Source: Candidatus Poribacteria bacterium (lineage in GTDB: Bacteria; Poribacteria; WGA-4E; PCPOR2b). Taken from it: DNA of 64,000 nucleotides. The translations under genes and the position numbers were made by a program. Under the pieces are notes generated by a model that was not told the origin of the DNA, did no database searches, and was given only the letters and a program-made list of their open reading frames with translations. The stretch covers positions 2,304,001 to 2,368,000 of the forward strand of contig OZ244587.1 of assembly GCA_965218095.1 (NCBI GenBank), read 5' to 3'. Position 1 is the first letter of the stretch, and the number at the start of each line of letters is the position of its first letter. Positions 20,262-30,389 of the stretch are shown piece after piece.

Positions 20262-21338
20262 TTATGCTGATGCAACTGTCAATTCCTTCAGCTTGCCCTC
20301 ATCCAACTCGACACCCAGTCCCGGTCCCTCAGGTGGATAAAGATAACTACCTTCAGCCCGGATACGCTCCCGCGCCGGCGACGCCATGTAGAGCACGGGG
20401 CCCATGGGATCGCAGGGAAAGGAAAGGTTGGGCATCGAAACCCCGACATGGACTTGCGCTGCTGTCCCCAGGGTCGATTCTTGATCTGTGCCAATCAGAC
20501 ACCTGAGCCCCGCCGCCTCTGCCAGCGCAAACAGCCGACGGATATGGGTCGGTCCCCCCGACACGCACGCCACGTTGAACACCGTGCAGGAACCACGCTC
20601 GGCTGCCTCGTATCCCTGCTCCAGGCTGTTGATGTGCAGGCTCACCGGCAGATCCATTCGCCTGGTGAACTCCGCAGACACTCGCAGGTTGCGTGAGGGT
20701 TGCTCAAAATGGTAAGGTGCATGATGCCGAAGCACATCGGCGTAGCACAGAGCTGTTTCCCAGTCATTGAATCGTCCAGAAAAATCCAGTTGCTTGAGCT
20801 TGATCTGCTCGCCAAAGCGAGACTTCATCTCGGTCAAGAACCGGTCGTCCAACGCACTGTCACCTGACACGTAGTAGCGGAAGAGATGGTGCCCCAGGTC
20901 TACCAACCGCTGCAGGTAACCCGCAGCCTGCTCAAAGTCCTCCCGCACCTGCCGCCCCCAAATCGGATAGCAGCAATAAACGCGGTCTCGTATTTTGCCG
21001 CCGAGCAATTGGTAGGCCGGCACACCCTGTGCCTTGCCGTTGAGATCGTAGAGCGCCAGATCTATGGCGGAGGCGAGGTGCAGATTTGAGACTGTGCTGT
21101 CGAAGTTCTGCGCTCGCAGTAACTCATTGATTTCGGTAATGCGGGTGGCGTCGCGTCCCACTAGCAGTTCGTTGTAACGCCTGGCTACCGCGCCTAAATC
21201 GTCAGCGCTGCTGTCTGAAGCCTCTCCTAGTCCTATAGGACCGTCGTCCACATGAACCTCGACGATGACATGGCCGGATACATGGCCATAATAGCGTGGT
21301 GTTTCAATCTGGAATGTTTCGACTTTTGTGATCTTCAT
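20262..21338 (-). CDS. Mandelate racemase/muconate lactonizing enzyme family
   Basis: MKITKVE, GLGEA, SAIDLALYDL.GK, LLGG, PEGPGLGVELD. Confidence 0.9.
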   Translation of the reverse strand: MKITKVETFQIETPRYYGHVSGHVIVEVHVDDGPIGLGEASDSSADDLGAVARRYNELLVGRDATRITEINELLRAQNFDSTVSNLHLASAIDLALYDLNGKAQGVPAYQLLGGKIRDRVYCCYPIWGRQVREDFEQAAGYLQRLVDLGHHLFRYYVSGDSALDDRFLTEMKSRFGEQIKLKQLDFSGRFNDWETALCYADVLRHHAPYHFEQPSRNLRVSAEFTRRMDLPVSLHINSLEQGYEAAERGSCTVFNVACVSGGPTHIRRLFALAEAAGLRCLIGTDQESTLGTAAQVHVGVSMPNLSFPCDPMGPVLYMASPARERIRAEGSYLYPPEGPGLGVELDEGKLKELTVASA

Positions 21339-21384
21339 CTGTTTCTCCTTTCAGTGAGCGAAAAATTGCTAACCCCCCCCATGC

Positions 21385-21633
21385 TTGTTTGACATCATCC
21401 TTCGGTGGGTGCCAGCCTGCTATAACCCAATGATGGCGTGCGGTAACAATTGTTGCATGGTTCATTTGCAATGCAGTGACCGTTGCTCCGCCACAGGCGG
21501 TTCTGCCCACGATATGTGTGCCATCTACGCTCCATTTGAAATGCCGTTTCCAATTTTGTTTCTGTAGGTTGAACAGGCGTGTCTCTCGCCCAGTAAGCGG
21601 ATCCAGGGCATGAGTCTGTGCACCTTCTTTCAT
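21385..21633 (-). pseudogene. C-terminal remnant of an HNH-endonuclease-type gene
   Basis: RLFN..NWKRHFKWS..GRTACG.ATV..LQMN..WVIAGWHPP; N-terminal HNH domain is absent. Confidence 0.65.
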
Positions 21634-21649
21634 TTCCGACAGCGCAATT

Positions 21650-22918
21650 TCAGTTTTGAGTCGTAGAACGAAGATCGAATTTCTTCTGTCTTGTGCGGAA
21701 GTGTACCCAAAAGATGAGCGTGCCGATGGCGGTCAAGCTCGCACCCGTCAGGAAAAGGCTGCCATAGCCCAGCGCGGTGATGATGTAACCACCACTCAGC
21801 GCTATCGCTGAGAAGCTCAACCCCGACGCCATCTCACCGGCGCCGGACATGGTCGGCCGCCAGCCCGGCGACACCACCTCCATTGTGTAGACCAGGAATG
21901 TGGGATACCTGATCGAAGTCAAGGCAATCACTCCTATAAAACCGAGTCCCGCAGCACTCCAGTGAGGAATGAGTGCCAACGGCAGCAGGCTGATAGCTGT
22001 CCCCAACGACGCGCAGGCGGCGGTGCGACCATTGCCCCAACGCGCTGTCAGCAGAGGCACAGTCAATGCGGCTGGCACGGCAAGCAGTCTGCCGGCGGCC
22101 GATAACGCACCGATCTGGGTGGTGGCGATGTGCAAACCGGCGTCGAGGTAAACGTTGAAGAAGATGAAGATGGCGCCCACACCCATCACCACGAGCAGCC
22201 TGACCAACGTCAGGAGAGCAATCAGACCAAAGGGGGATGAACCGACTTCAACCTGTCTCTCCGGTACAGGTCGGGCGCGGACCTCATGGGTTGCCAGAAC
22301 TGCCAGAATCGCCGGAATCAGTAACACAGTGGCAATCAACAATGAGTATCGGTAAGGCGCCGCCTGATTCAGCGAAACACCGAGATATGCGGCAAGGAGT
22401 CCTGGCAGTAAACTACCGACCAGGCTGCCAGTGAATCCAGCCAGGGACCAGAGTGCCGCTTGCACTGAAAAGATATGATTGCGTTCCTCTGGGCTGGTGA
22501 CACCCATCAAAAACGGGGCGATGTTGACAAAGTATATGGCAAAACCGATGAAAGCCAGCACATAGGTCACTAACAGCCATCCAGCCTGCCAGGTCGCCGT
22601 GCTTAACTCAGCCAGAGGGAGTAGCCCGCCACCCGTCAGCAGCAGGCTTAGGCCGGCAATCATCATGCGCCGACTGCCCCAGTGTCCGCCGAGCGTACCG
22701 GCGGGTAGGCTAAAGAGAGCAAAAGCAAGCATTCCGGCGCCGTTGACTAGACCCACGAATTCCGGACCGTAGCCGAGGCGCAGCAGGTACAAGTTGAATA
22801 ATACGGAATAGACACCGCCATCAATGGTAAATCCGACTACCGTTGCAGCAGCAAGATATAGGCGTACGTCACGGTTGAATTTGCGCAGGACGTCCAAGTA
22901 AGTGGTGGGTTTGTTCAT
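21650..22918 (-). CDS. MFS transporter
   Basis: About 12 hydrophobic segments; LFNLYLLRLGY, PAG.L...WGSRR. Confidence 0.9.
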   Translation of the reverse strand: MNKPTTYLDVLRKFNRDVRLYLAAATVVGFTIDGGVYSVLFNLYLLRLGYGPEFVGLVNGAGMLAFALFSLPAGTLGGHWGSRRMMIAGLSLLLTGGGLLPLAELSTATWQAGWLLVTYVLAFIGFAIYFVNIAPFLMGVTSPEERNHIFSVQAALWSLAGFTGSLVGSLLPGLLAAYLGVSLNQAAPYRYSLLIATVLLIPAILAVLATHEVRARPVPERQVEVGSSPFGLIALLTLVRLLVVMGVGAIFIFFNVYLDAGLHIATTQIGALSAAGRLLAVPAALTVPLLTARWGNGRTAACASLGTAISLLPLALIPHWSAAGLGFIGVIALTSIRYPTFLVYTMEVVSPGWRPTMSGAGEMASGLSFSAIALSGGYIITALGYGSLFLTGASLTAIGTLIFWVHFRTRQKKFDLRSTTQN

Positions 22919-22934
22919 GCTGTTTGACGATGGC

Positions 22935-23972
22935 CTATCCCGCCTCGGCTAGCCGGCGCGTGGTATCCACCACGTACCCCACATCCTCGGCTGTGATGTG
23001 CCGATGGGCAACCAGACGTGCGCTGGCAGGAGTCCGCGGGTTAGCAAGGATGCCATAGGTTTTCCACTTCTCTACTAAATCATTGGCACTCCATCCCAAC
23101 CCTCCGACGTTTAGCATAGCAAAGTTGGTCGGCGTGGGCGGATGCTGCACTTTTATACCTTCAATTTCCGCCAGCCTCTCGCAGAGCAGGCGGGCAATCT
23201 TATGGTCTTCCGCCAACCGGTCAACCATTTTCTCCAGTGCCACAATGCCGGCTGCCGCAATGACGCCGGCTTGCCGCATGCTGCCGCCCAAGTGTTTACG
23301 GACACGCTGGGCGTCGTTGATGAATCGGCGGTCCCCACATACCAGTGATCCGACCGGCGCACTCAAGCCCTTTGAGACACAGAACATCACCGAATCAACA
23401 TGCCGGATATATTCTTTCACGTCCACACCGTGCGCCGCAGCTGCATTAAAAATCCGCGCCCCGTCCGTATGCAGTTTCATGCTATGTGCCCTGGCGGTCC
23501 TGGACACGGCTTCTACCGCTGCGGGCGCCCACGCTGCCCCACCGCTCCCGTTGTGGGTGTTCTCAATGCACACCAGGCTCGGTTGGACCGTGTCGCCGGA
23601 GCGGATTACTTCTTTCAACTGTTCAGGTTGGATGACCCCGAATTCCGCCTTCATCGGGTGTCGTGTCAAGCCGTTGAGGGCAGCAAATTCCCCACGCTCT
23701 CCGGCGAACATGTGGGCGCGTTCCTCAAAGAAAACATCGTCCCCCGGACGGGTGTGGGCGAGCAGTGCACAGGCATTGCCCATCGTTCCGCTGAGGATGT
23801 AGAGCGCCGCCTCCATCCCGACCTTCTCAGCAGCCAACTCTTGGAGTCGGTTCACGGTGGCATCCTCATTATAACCATCATCTCCCAGTACCGCATTCAC
23901 CATCGCCTCCTTCATCTCTTCCGTGGGCAGAGTGACGGTATCGCTTCTGAGATCTACAGTTCTCTCTAGCAT
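22935..23972 (-). CDS. ltaE: Low-specificity L-threonine aldolase
   Basis: DLRSDTVT.PT, GTMGN, ENTHN, HTDGARIFNA, SKGLSAPVGS, GGSMRQAG. Confidence 0.92.
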   Translation of the reverse strand: MLERTVDLRSDTVTLPTEEMKEAMVNAVLGDDGYNEDATVNRLQELAAEKVGMEAALYILSGTMGNACALLAHTRPGDDVFFEERAHMFAGERGEFAALNGLTRHPMKAEFGVIQPEQLKEVIRSGDTVQPSLVCIENTHNGSGGAAWAPAAVEAVSRTARAHSMKLHTDGARIFNAAAAHGVDVKEYIRHVDSVMFCVSKGLSAPVGSLVCGDRRFINDAQRVRKHLGGSMRQAGVIAAAGIVALEKMVDRLAEDHKIARLLCERLAEIEGIKVQHPPTPTNFAMLNVGGLGWSANDLVEKWKTYGILANPRTPASARLVAHRHITAEDVGYVVDTTRRLAEAG

Positions 23973-24050
23973 AATCCTTTTTTCCTTTCCTCAGATATAA
24001 ATCGGCACAACACACGTCATTACACGCAGGTTGGGACACTTTACATCCCC

Positions 24051-25065
24051 CTAGAGTTCACCGCCGCAGGCACGGATAAGCGTCTCATGGGTCAGAAGGT
24101 CGTGTGCTGGAGAGAATAGCGGCTGGCGTTCCCCCCGGATCACCGCTATGAGCTCCTCCAGATCGCCAATGTAGCGGGGCCTGTCCTCTACGGGTACGGC
24201 CTGCCAACCTGATTTATAAGGTGCTTTCGCCTCCCGGAGGCAGAGGTCAATCTTTGGAGGTTCTATCGGTTCTAAGATGATGCTACCATCCAGTCCGTGG
24301 ACTTCCACCCGGCGGTGGAGGCCGGGCTCCGTCTCCAGAGCGGCTGTCTCTATCACGGCCATGGCACCCTGCTCGTCGTATTCCAACACCACCAGAGCGT
24401 TGTCTACCCCGGAGGGAAAATCATCATAGCTTCTGGCATCAGAGTGCAGAAATGGCTTAATCCGGTCGGCCCGGCCGAACATCCACACTGCCTGATCAAA
24501 GAGGTGGCAGGCTTCCTCCTGCATGATGCCCCCTGGATACCGGTGGACATGGTTGCGATGGTAGTATTCTTTGCCCGCTTCCGGCGCGGAAGCGGGCAAA
24601 GAATACGCGGCCTATGAGCCCGTCCCGTATGATTTTTTGGATGAATTCAAGGCCAGGGTTGAACCGCCATTGATAGCCCATCTGGATGAAGAGCCCCTTT
24701 TCTTTGGCGAGATCGTAAAGAGCGCACAACGCCGGCAAGGACATACCGGGGGGCTTGTCCAGGTGAATATGCTTACCCGCCTCCAGGGCCCGCCGCGCCC
24801 AGCCGAGGCATTCCCATGGCCAGGTCTCAATGTGGATAGCCTTGATGCTGGGGTCATTCAGCAGTCCATCGGCGGAATCAATCCAGCGTACACTAGCGTA
24901 TTCAGTCCTGCCGTGTCGAGCCTCCCACATGACCGAATCAGGCTCATGGATGCCCGCGAACTCTACGTTGAGTCGCTCCAGAACCAGTCTGGAGGCGTCT
25001 ACTACAAGCTTGGTTGCGTGAGTGTGGGCGATGCCTATTTGGGCGATGCGAAGTGTTTCCGACAT
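24051..25065 (-). pseudogene. Gfo/Idh/MocA oxidoreductase frameshifted at a perfect hairpin (24564-24606)
   Basis: RIAQIGIAHTH, ALEAGKHIHLDKP, MGYQWRF; GG.M.E.ACHLFD continues in another frame. Confidence 0.85.
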
Positions 25066-25080
25066 ATATAAGTCTCCTAT

Positions 25081-25151
25081 TACGAGTTTTTCACTTAGCT
25101 CGGTTGGAGGCGGGATATACCTGATTTTCCCCTCTAACTGAAAAAGTCGTA
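25081..25151. mobile_element. MITE-like element, family A (short copy)
   Basis: TACGAGTTTTTCACTTA..TAACTGAAAAAGTCGTA with flanking direct repeat TCCTAT. Confidence 0.7.
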
Positions 25152-25199
25152 TCCTATCTGTTTTTTACTCATGTTTCTTTGTATTCTGATATCGTGATG

Positions 25200-26360
25200 T
25201 CAATGAGGCGCGCCCCGGAATTTCTTGACCACATCTTCGTTCAATTCAAAGCCAAGTCCTGGACGTTTGGGGACCTCGATAAATCCGTCCGCATCGACCT
25301 CTACCAGCGGGACCAGCAACTCGGAAATGATTGGTGAATCCGGAAATACCATCGGTGTCTCGAAATACGGCATGTTTGGCAGCACCGCCGCCAGGTGGAT
25401 TTCCGCGGCTACGCCGACCAAATGGCACCAGGCATGCGGGACACAGATTAGCCCCCTGCGATAGGCGGCCTCAGCAATTCGGGCGATTTCACTGATTCCA
25501 CCTGAGCGGACCGAACTGGGCTGTACCACATCCACCCGGCCCTTCTCCATAACCTCCTCGAACTCAAAGCGCGTGGTGAAGCCCCAGTCGCCCACGGCGA
25601 TTCGTGTATCCACCACATCCGCCAACCGCGCATAACCGGCGAGATTGTCCGCCGGCAGGGGTGCTTCGATAAAGAACGGGTGGTATCCCTCAATCGCACG
25701 GATTGATGCAATGGCTTGCCCGACCTCGTACCAGCAATTCTGCACATCGATCAGGAGATCTCTGTCCTCGCCGATGGTTTCGCGGACGGCCCCCACAATC
25801 TCGGCATCGCGCCGGACGCTGACATGCCCGAAACCGCCGGGCCACTCCTCCAGTTTCATCGCCCGGAAGCCGCGTTCCTTCGCCAGCGTAAAACGCTCAG
25901 TGATCTCCTCCACATCCTCTCCCGGGGGGTAGACGGTTGCATAGGGCTTTACTTTTTTCTTGATTTCGCCGGTTTCCCGCACGGTACAGCAGGCGTGCCA
26001 GATCAGTTCGCAGACCGGCTTACCGAATGTCTTGCCCGCAATATCCCAGAGCGCAGTCTCCACCGCTCCAATCGCGGCAATGGTGACACCGCGCCGACCG
26101 AATAAACCGGTAGCAGAATACATCTTCTGCCAGAGGCGTTCAACTTGCAGGGGGTCTTCGCCGTGCAAGATTTGCTGCAAGCCGCCGTCGGTGCGAATGA
26201 TGGCGTCAATGATGAGCGACGGCGATTCCGCCTGCCCAATACCGGTGATGCCCTCATCGGTATGTACCCGCACCAGGGTCTCCCCAGCCTTACCCGGATC
26301 GACCAGCGCAATGGTTTCGATTTCTGTAATTTTCACTGGATTTCGACTCCTCTTTAACAC
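25200..26360 (-). CDS. Mandelate racemase / acid-sugar dehydratase family enolase (start may be GTG near 26336)
   Basis: TDEGITGIG, ERLWQKMY, ETALWDIAGK, FIEAP, PHAW, PGLG.ELN. Confidence 0.9.
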   Translation of the reverse strand: MLKRSRNPVKITEIETIALVDPGKAGETLVRVHTDEGITGIGQAESPSLIIDAIIRTDGGLQQILHGEDPLQVERLWQKMYSATGLFGRRGVTIAAIGAVETALWDIAGKTFGKPVCELIWHACCTVRETGEIKKKVKPYATVYPPGEDVEEITERFTLAKERGFRAMKLEEWPGGFGHVSVRRDAEIVGAVRETIGEDRDLLIDVQNCWYEVGQAIASIRAIEGYHPFFIEAPLPADNLAGYARLADVVDTRIAVGDWGFTTRFEFEEVMEKGRVDVVQPSSVRSGGISEIARIAEAAYRRGLICVPHAWCHLVGVAAEIHLAAVLPNMPYFETPMVFPDSPIISELLVPLVEVDADGFIEVPKRPGLGFELNEDVVKKFRGAPH

Positions 26361-26542
26361 TACAATGAAACTTGCTGTTGTAGCGCATGCGGACCCGATC
26401 TGTCGGGGCTCTACTTATGCCAATTCTACATTGAATGTTTCGTTAGCTGCCATTTTGAACGTAGCGAAGAATCTCAATCTGATCGATCATAGCGATCCTT
26501 TCCCACCTTACGTTCCACGATTCATGATTCACGTTTCACGCA

Positions 26543-27205
26543 TCACAACTCACCCTTGAAATAGAGACAATGCGCTGTAATCGGACACAGATCACATTTC
26601 GGTTTTCGGGCGTTGCAGATCTGGCGTCCAAAAGTAATCAGGTTCATGTGAAATGAAAACGCTTTTCCTTCAGGAATGATCTGCGGCATCAACTCATGCG
26701 CCTTTTCCGCAGTGCAGTTTGGTGGCACAAATCCAAGTCGTTTACTGATCCGCAAGACATGCGTATCCACGGGGAAGACATCGCGTCTACAAGCAAAGGC
26801 GAGCGTGACTGAGGCAGTCTTAATCCCAATGCCTTTGTGTTGACACAAGAATTGCAGTACTTCCTCGGTATCCATTTCACGGATAAATTCCAGGTCTAAC
26901 GCGCCGTGTTCTGCCTTGAGCCACGTCAGGAAGTTCTTAATCGTTCGACTTTTCTGCGCGTGCAGTCCCGCAATTTTGATCGCTTCCCCAATTTCCTCCA
27001 CATCCGCTTCGAGCACCTCTTCCCATGTCGGAAAGCACTCCTTGAGGGTTGCGAATCCCTTATCGCGGTTGACATCATTTGTGTTCTGGGACAAGATTGT
27101 GCGGATTAAACACTCTAAGACATTTCTTTCCAGATCGGGTTCGGGAACACCGTAGAGTTCTTCCAAGGCGTCGGAAACCAACTGTGCTTTCTGCTTGCGA
27201 TTCAA
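26543..27205 (-). CDS. nth: Endonuclease III-like HhH-GPD DNA glycosylase
   Basis: ILSQNT.D, GIGIKTA, FPVDTHV.R, 4Fe-4S motif CNARKPKCDLCPITAHC. Confidence 0.85.
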   Translation of the reverse strand: MNRKQKAQLVSDALEELYGVPEPDLERNVLECLIRTILSQNTNDVNRDKGFATLKECFPTWEEVLEADVEEIGEAIKIAGLHAQKSRTIKNFLTWLKAEHGALDLEFIREMDTEEVLQFLCQHKGIGIKTASVTLAFACRRDVFPVDTHVLRISKRLGFVPPNCTAEKAHELMPQIIPEGKAFSFHMNLITFGRQICNARKPKCDLCPITAHCLYFKGEL

Positions 27206-27373
27206 ATAATACCTCCTGCGATAGAATAATAGAATTTTGGGATCAAGTTAAGGCAACAAGATCCCCGCTCCCCCAAAAGTTCAGGGGCGGACAGGGGGCG
27301 AGGGAGCGAGAAAAAGCACCCCTCACATACTCGCCCCTCTGTTGGGCGGTGATACGTCTCTCACCGCGGTTTG

Positions 27374-27664
27374 TCAGTCAATCCGGTGTCTCTTTTGACC
27401 TGTGAGCAAAAACGTAAGCCCGTGCATAATGAAAGTGAATCTGTTGTTGCCAGTTGCCAGCGTCCAATTCCTAAACGCCCAGCCGAGAGCACTCGTCTCG
27501 CTGTTGCTAAACTGTTGATGGAGGTGCGCAAAACCCAACTGAAATAAACTTCGTTTGCCGACCCACGCCACTGTCCTTCGACGCCCCATCGGTCGTTGGG
27601 ACAGGTGTTCGGCAGCCACTTGAGCCTCTGTATATAACACCACCGATGTGGCTAAATCCATCAC
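27374..27664 (-). pseudogene. Possible transposase C-terminal remnant
   Basis: RR.VAWVGKRSLFQLGF resembles DDE transposase C-termini; no N-terminal part. Confidence 0.3.
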
Positions 27665-27944
27665 TTGGCATTGTTCCCAATGCCAAACTGTCGATTTGTA
27701 ATCAACAAAGGTCGCTTCAATGGGATACCTATACGATACCCGGCTAACTTATACCTGTCCGCCCTTGAACCCTACGAGGGAAGGAGGAGTTTTTGCGATT
27801 CTGCCCCCAGTTCCGGTGCGAAGCACCGAGAATCCTCGACCTTCGGTCGTGACATTGGGGGGCCGGGGGGCAAGTCAAAGACTCTCGGTCGGAGACCGGA
27901 GCCACCGGTGGATCTGCCGGTATGCGTTAAATCAGCACATCGCC

Positions 27945-28847
27945 CTACGCCACCAAATCTCTCTCAAACGCTTCCCAAAGTCTCTCAACTAAATCCATCC
28001 GGATTGGGTTGGGCATTCTGGCGATGTGGTGCCGAATACGAATCGAAAAGGTCTCGCCGCTCTTGAAAACATCCGTCCCTGGATAGGCAATGTAGTCCAT
28101 CGCAATGCCGCCCATTCCGGAGGAAAGTCCGGCTGTCGTGGCGAGCTCAGTAAAGATGATGTGACGCCAGCCTTTCGGACTGGGATGACCAATCAACGCC
28201 GGCTGGTGCCACGTATCCGCGACTCTGCCGCCGCCCCGTAAAGCGTGTGGAATCAGCCCTATGCTTTCAAATGTCGATCCAGGCGCAACGATGTAAGCGT
28301 CCAGATGTTTCCCGCCAATGCTTTCAAAACTCCTAAACTCTTTATCCTTAGCCCAATAGAACAGGCTTTTTCCTCTGTTGATTTCTGTATAACAGGCGAA
28401 GAACTGAGCATACTCTACCAGGTCAACAGGACTGCAATTGCGAATCGTTTGCCGGCAATCGTAGGTCAGCACATCGTGGCTATCTTGAGCTCGGAAGAAC
28501 CACTCCTGGTGGGTCTGGATACCGTCACACGTGTACTCACTTGTGACACGCTCGCATGCCTCTCGCTCCTCGTAGCCGGAGGTCGCTGGCGCCAACCGGG
28601 GCCATTTTTCATCTCCACGGCCGTGGTTCTTCCACCACTGCCACTCCCGACTGTCCCACGACCCACCATTGTAAACGAGTTCAAGTCCCTCTTCGACAAC
28701 CACAAAACTAGCGACACCTGTGTGGGTGTGTCCGGCCGTCCGCACCCGAATAGAAGCCAGCAACCGTCCATCTCGATGATGAAGGGGGATGTCACAAAAC
28801 GATTGCCCTTCGGTGTCTTGATATACTCCCTTTCGCTTTGATTCCAT
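27945..28847 (-). CDS. Hypothetical protein
   Basis: About 300-aa ORF with aagga RBS, co-oriented after the dipeptidase; no family recognised. Confidence 0.65.
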   Translation of the reverse strand: MESKRKGVYQDTEGQSFCDIPLHHRDGRLLASIRVRTAGHTHTGVASFVVVEEGLELVYNGGSWDSREWQWWKNHGRGDEKWPRLAPATSGYEEREACERVTSEYTCDGIQTHQEWFFRAQDSHDVLTYDCRQTIRNCSPVDLVEYAQFFACYTEINRGKSLFYWAKDKEFRSFESIGGKHLDAYIVAPGSTFESIGLIPHALRGGGRVADTWHQPALIGHPSPKGWRHIIFTELATTAGLSSGMGGIAMDYIAYPGTDVFKSGETFSIRIRHHIARMPNPIRMDLVERLWEAFERDLVA

Positions 28848-28896
28848 TGACATTCCTTTTCGCATGTTTGCCTCATGCGTTGGCGCGTGAGTAACG

Positions 28897-29919
28897 CTAT
28901 TCCTCCCAAACTTCCCGAAAGAGCCGCAGCCAGTTTCCGCCAAGAATCTTGGAGGTATCGTCTGGTTTGTAGCCTCGGTTTATCAACGCAGCGGCGAGGT
29001 TTGGAAATTTGTCAGGGGTCTCAAAGCCCTTGGGCGACATAGGTAGCTGGTCATAGCGTATGGATGGATCAGCAAAGGTAGAGGGGTATTTTGTCCCCTG
29101 CTGTGACCCAATATACCGCCAGAAAGACTCCGGCTGGTCCTGCGTAAAGTCAGTCCCAATTCCCACATGGTCAATTCCCACTCGCTCCACCATATCATCT
29201 ATGGCATCCACATAGTCCTCTAGCGTGGATTCAAATTGGGTCGGCAGAAAAGAGGTGATGGAGGTTGCACCTATCACGCCCTTCCGTTCTACCAACAGTT
29301 TCAGTGCTTCGTCTGCCTTGTTTCGCGGGTGGTCGAAATAGGAGCGGGCGTTTGCGTGGGTAATCGCCACAGGTTTGTCCGACAGTTCTATAGCTTCCAA
29401 CGTGGTGCGATCGCCGACATGGGAGAGGTCGATCAGGATACCCAGACGATTCATCTCCCGGACCGCGTCAACACCAAAGTTGCTCAGACCATCGTCTCTA
29501 CGTTCCCAGCACCCATTTCCCAACAGATTCCGCTCATGGTAGGTCAATTGGATGACTCGCATGCCCAGTGCATGAAACAGCGCAAGGCGGTCAAGGTCAT
29601 TCTCAATGGGAGAAGCGTTCTGAGAGCCGAGAATGATCCCCACCTTGCCATCCTTCTTAGCTTGAAATAGCTCGTCTACAGTTCTCACTTGTACGAGGAT
29701 GTCGTCGTACTCTCTGAACCGGTGCTGCCAAGCGGCTATGTTGTCCAAAGTCTCCGGGTAATTTTCCCACGTCGCCACCGTGGCGTTGATGGCCGTAACG
29801 CCGCCGGCGTGTAAGCTCTGGTACACGGCGGGACTATCCCAATTACTCACGTTTAGGCTGTCTATTACGACAGCTTCCTTGTAAAGTTGTGCTCCGGCGT
29901 CTGCTACTGGCGATTTCAT
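28897..29919 (-). CDS. Membrane dipeptidase (peptidase M19) family
   Basis: QLTY..RN, GLSNFG..VREMNRLGILIDLSH, THAN, HPRNK, HVGIGTDF, ILGGNWLR. Confidence 0.9.
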   Translation of the reverse strand: MKSPVADAGAQLYKEAVVIDSLNVSNWDSPAVYQSLHAGGVTAINATVATWENYPETLDNIAAWQHRFREYDDILVQVRTVDELFQAKKDGKVGIILGSQNASPIENDLDRLALFHALGMRVIQLTYHERNLLGNGCWERRDDGLSNFGVDAVREMNRLGILIDLSHVGDRTTLEAIELSDKPVAITHANARSYFDHPRNKADEALKLLVERKGVIGATSITSFLPTQFESTLEDYVDAIDDMVERVGIDHVGIGTDFTQDQPESFWRYIGSQQGTKYPSTFADPSIRYDQLPMSPKGFETPDKFPNLAAALINRGYKPDDTSKILGGNWLRLFREVWEE

Positions 29920-29969
29920 CTTATTCTCCTTCGCTGGAATTGTTCATTGTTGCATTAGAACTAATTTGA

Positions 29970-30389
29970 TTACCGCCTTAGTTTATGGGAGTAGGTGAGG
30001 AATTGAAACCCAAGTTTCAGAAGAGTTGGCTGACTCATTGGTTTGGCATCGACAGCGAGGAAACGAACCCCAAGACGTTTCGCCTCTCTCGCCCGCACGG
30101 CGACCAGGGCGCTATAGAAGCCACGCTTCTGGTAGGCGGGAAGGGTGCAACCCCCGTACAAATAAGCGAAATGAATCGGTCCCATCCAGGAAACTCTGGC
30201 GCAACTAACCGGTGCCCCATCGGCGTACACCACGTACACACTTAGACGCTCGGGGTAATTCTGTAAAGCCTCTGCGATTGCCCGACATTGTGCGCTATAG
30301 TCATCGTGCCACACCTGCTCGTGAATAGACTGAACGATATGAACATCTTTGGGGTCAGTGATACGCCTCACTTCAGCGGAAAGTGTCAT
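29970..30389 (-). CDS. GNAT acetyltransferase
   Basis: LYGGCTLPAYQKRG.YSAL, VDA..MS.P.L.KLGF. Confidence 0.8.
   Translation of the reverse strand: MTLSAEVRRITDPKDVHIVQSIHEQVWHDDYSAQCRAIAEALQNYPERLSVYVVYADGAPVSCARVSWMGPIHFAYLYGGCTLPAYQKRGFYSALVAVRAREAKRLGVRFLAVDAKPMSQPTLLKLGFQFLTYSHKLRR

Noticed and set aside
23083-23802. Long antisense ORFs (also 25960-26559 and 28245-28841)
   Set aside because: They are shadows of well-supported genes on the opposite strand
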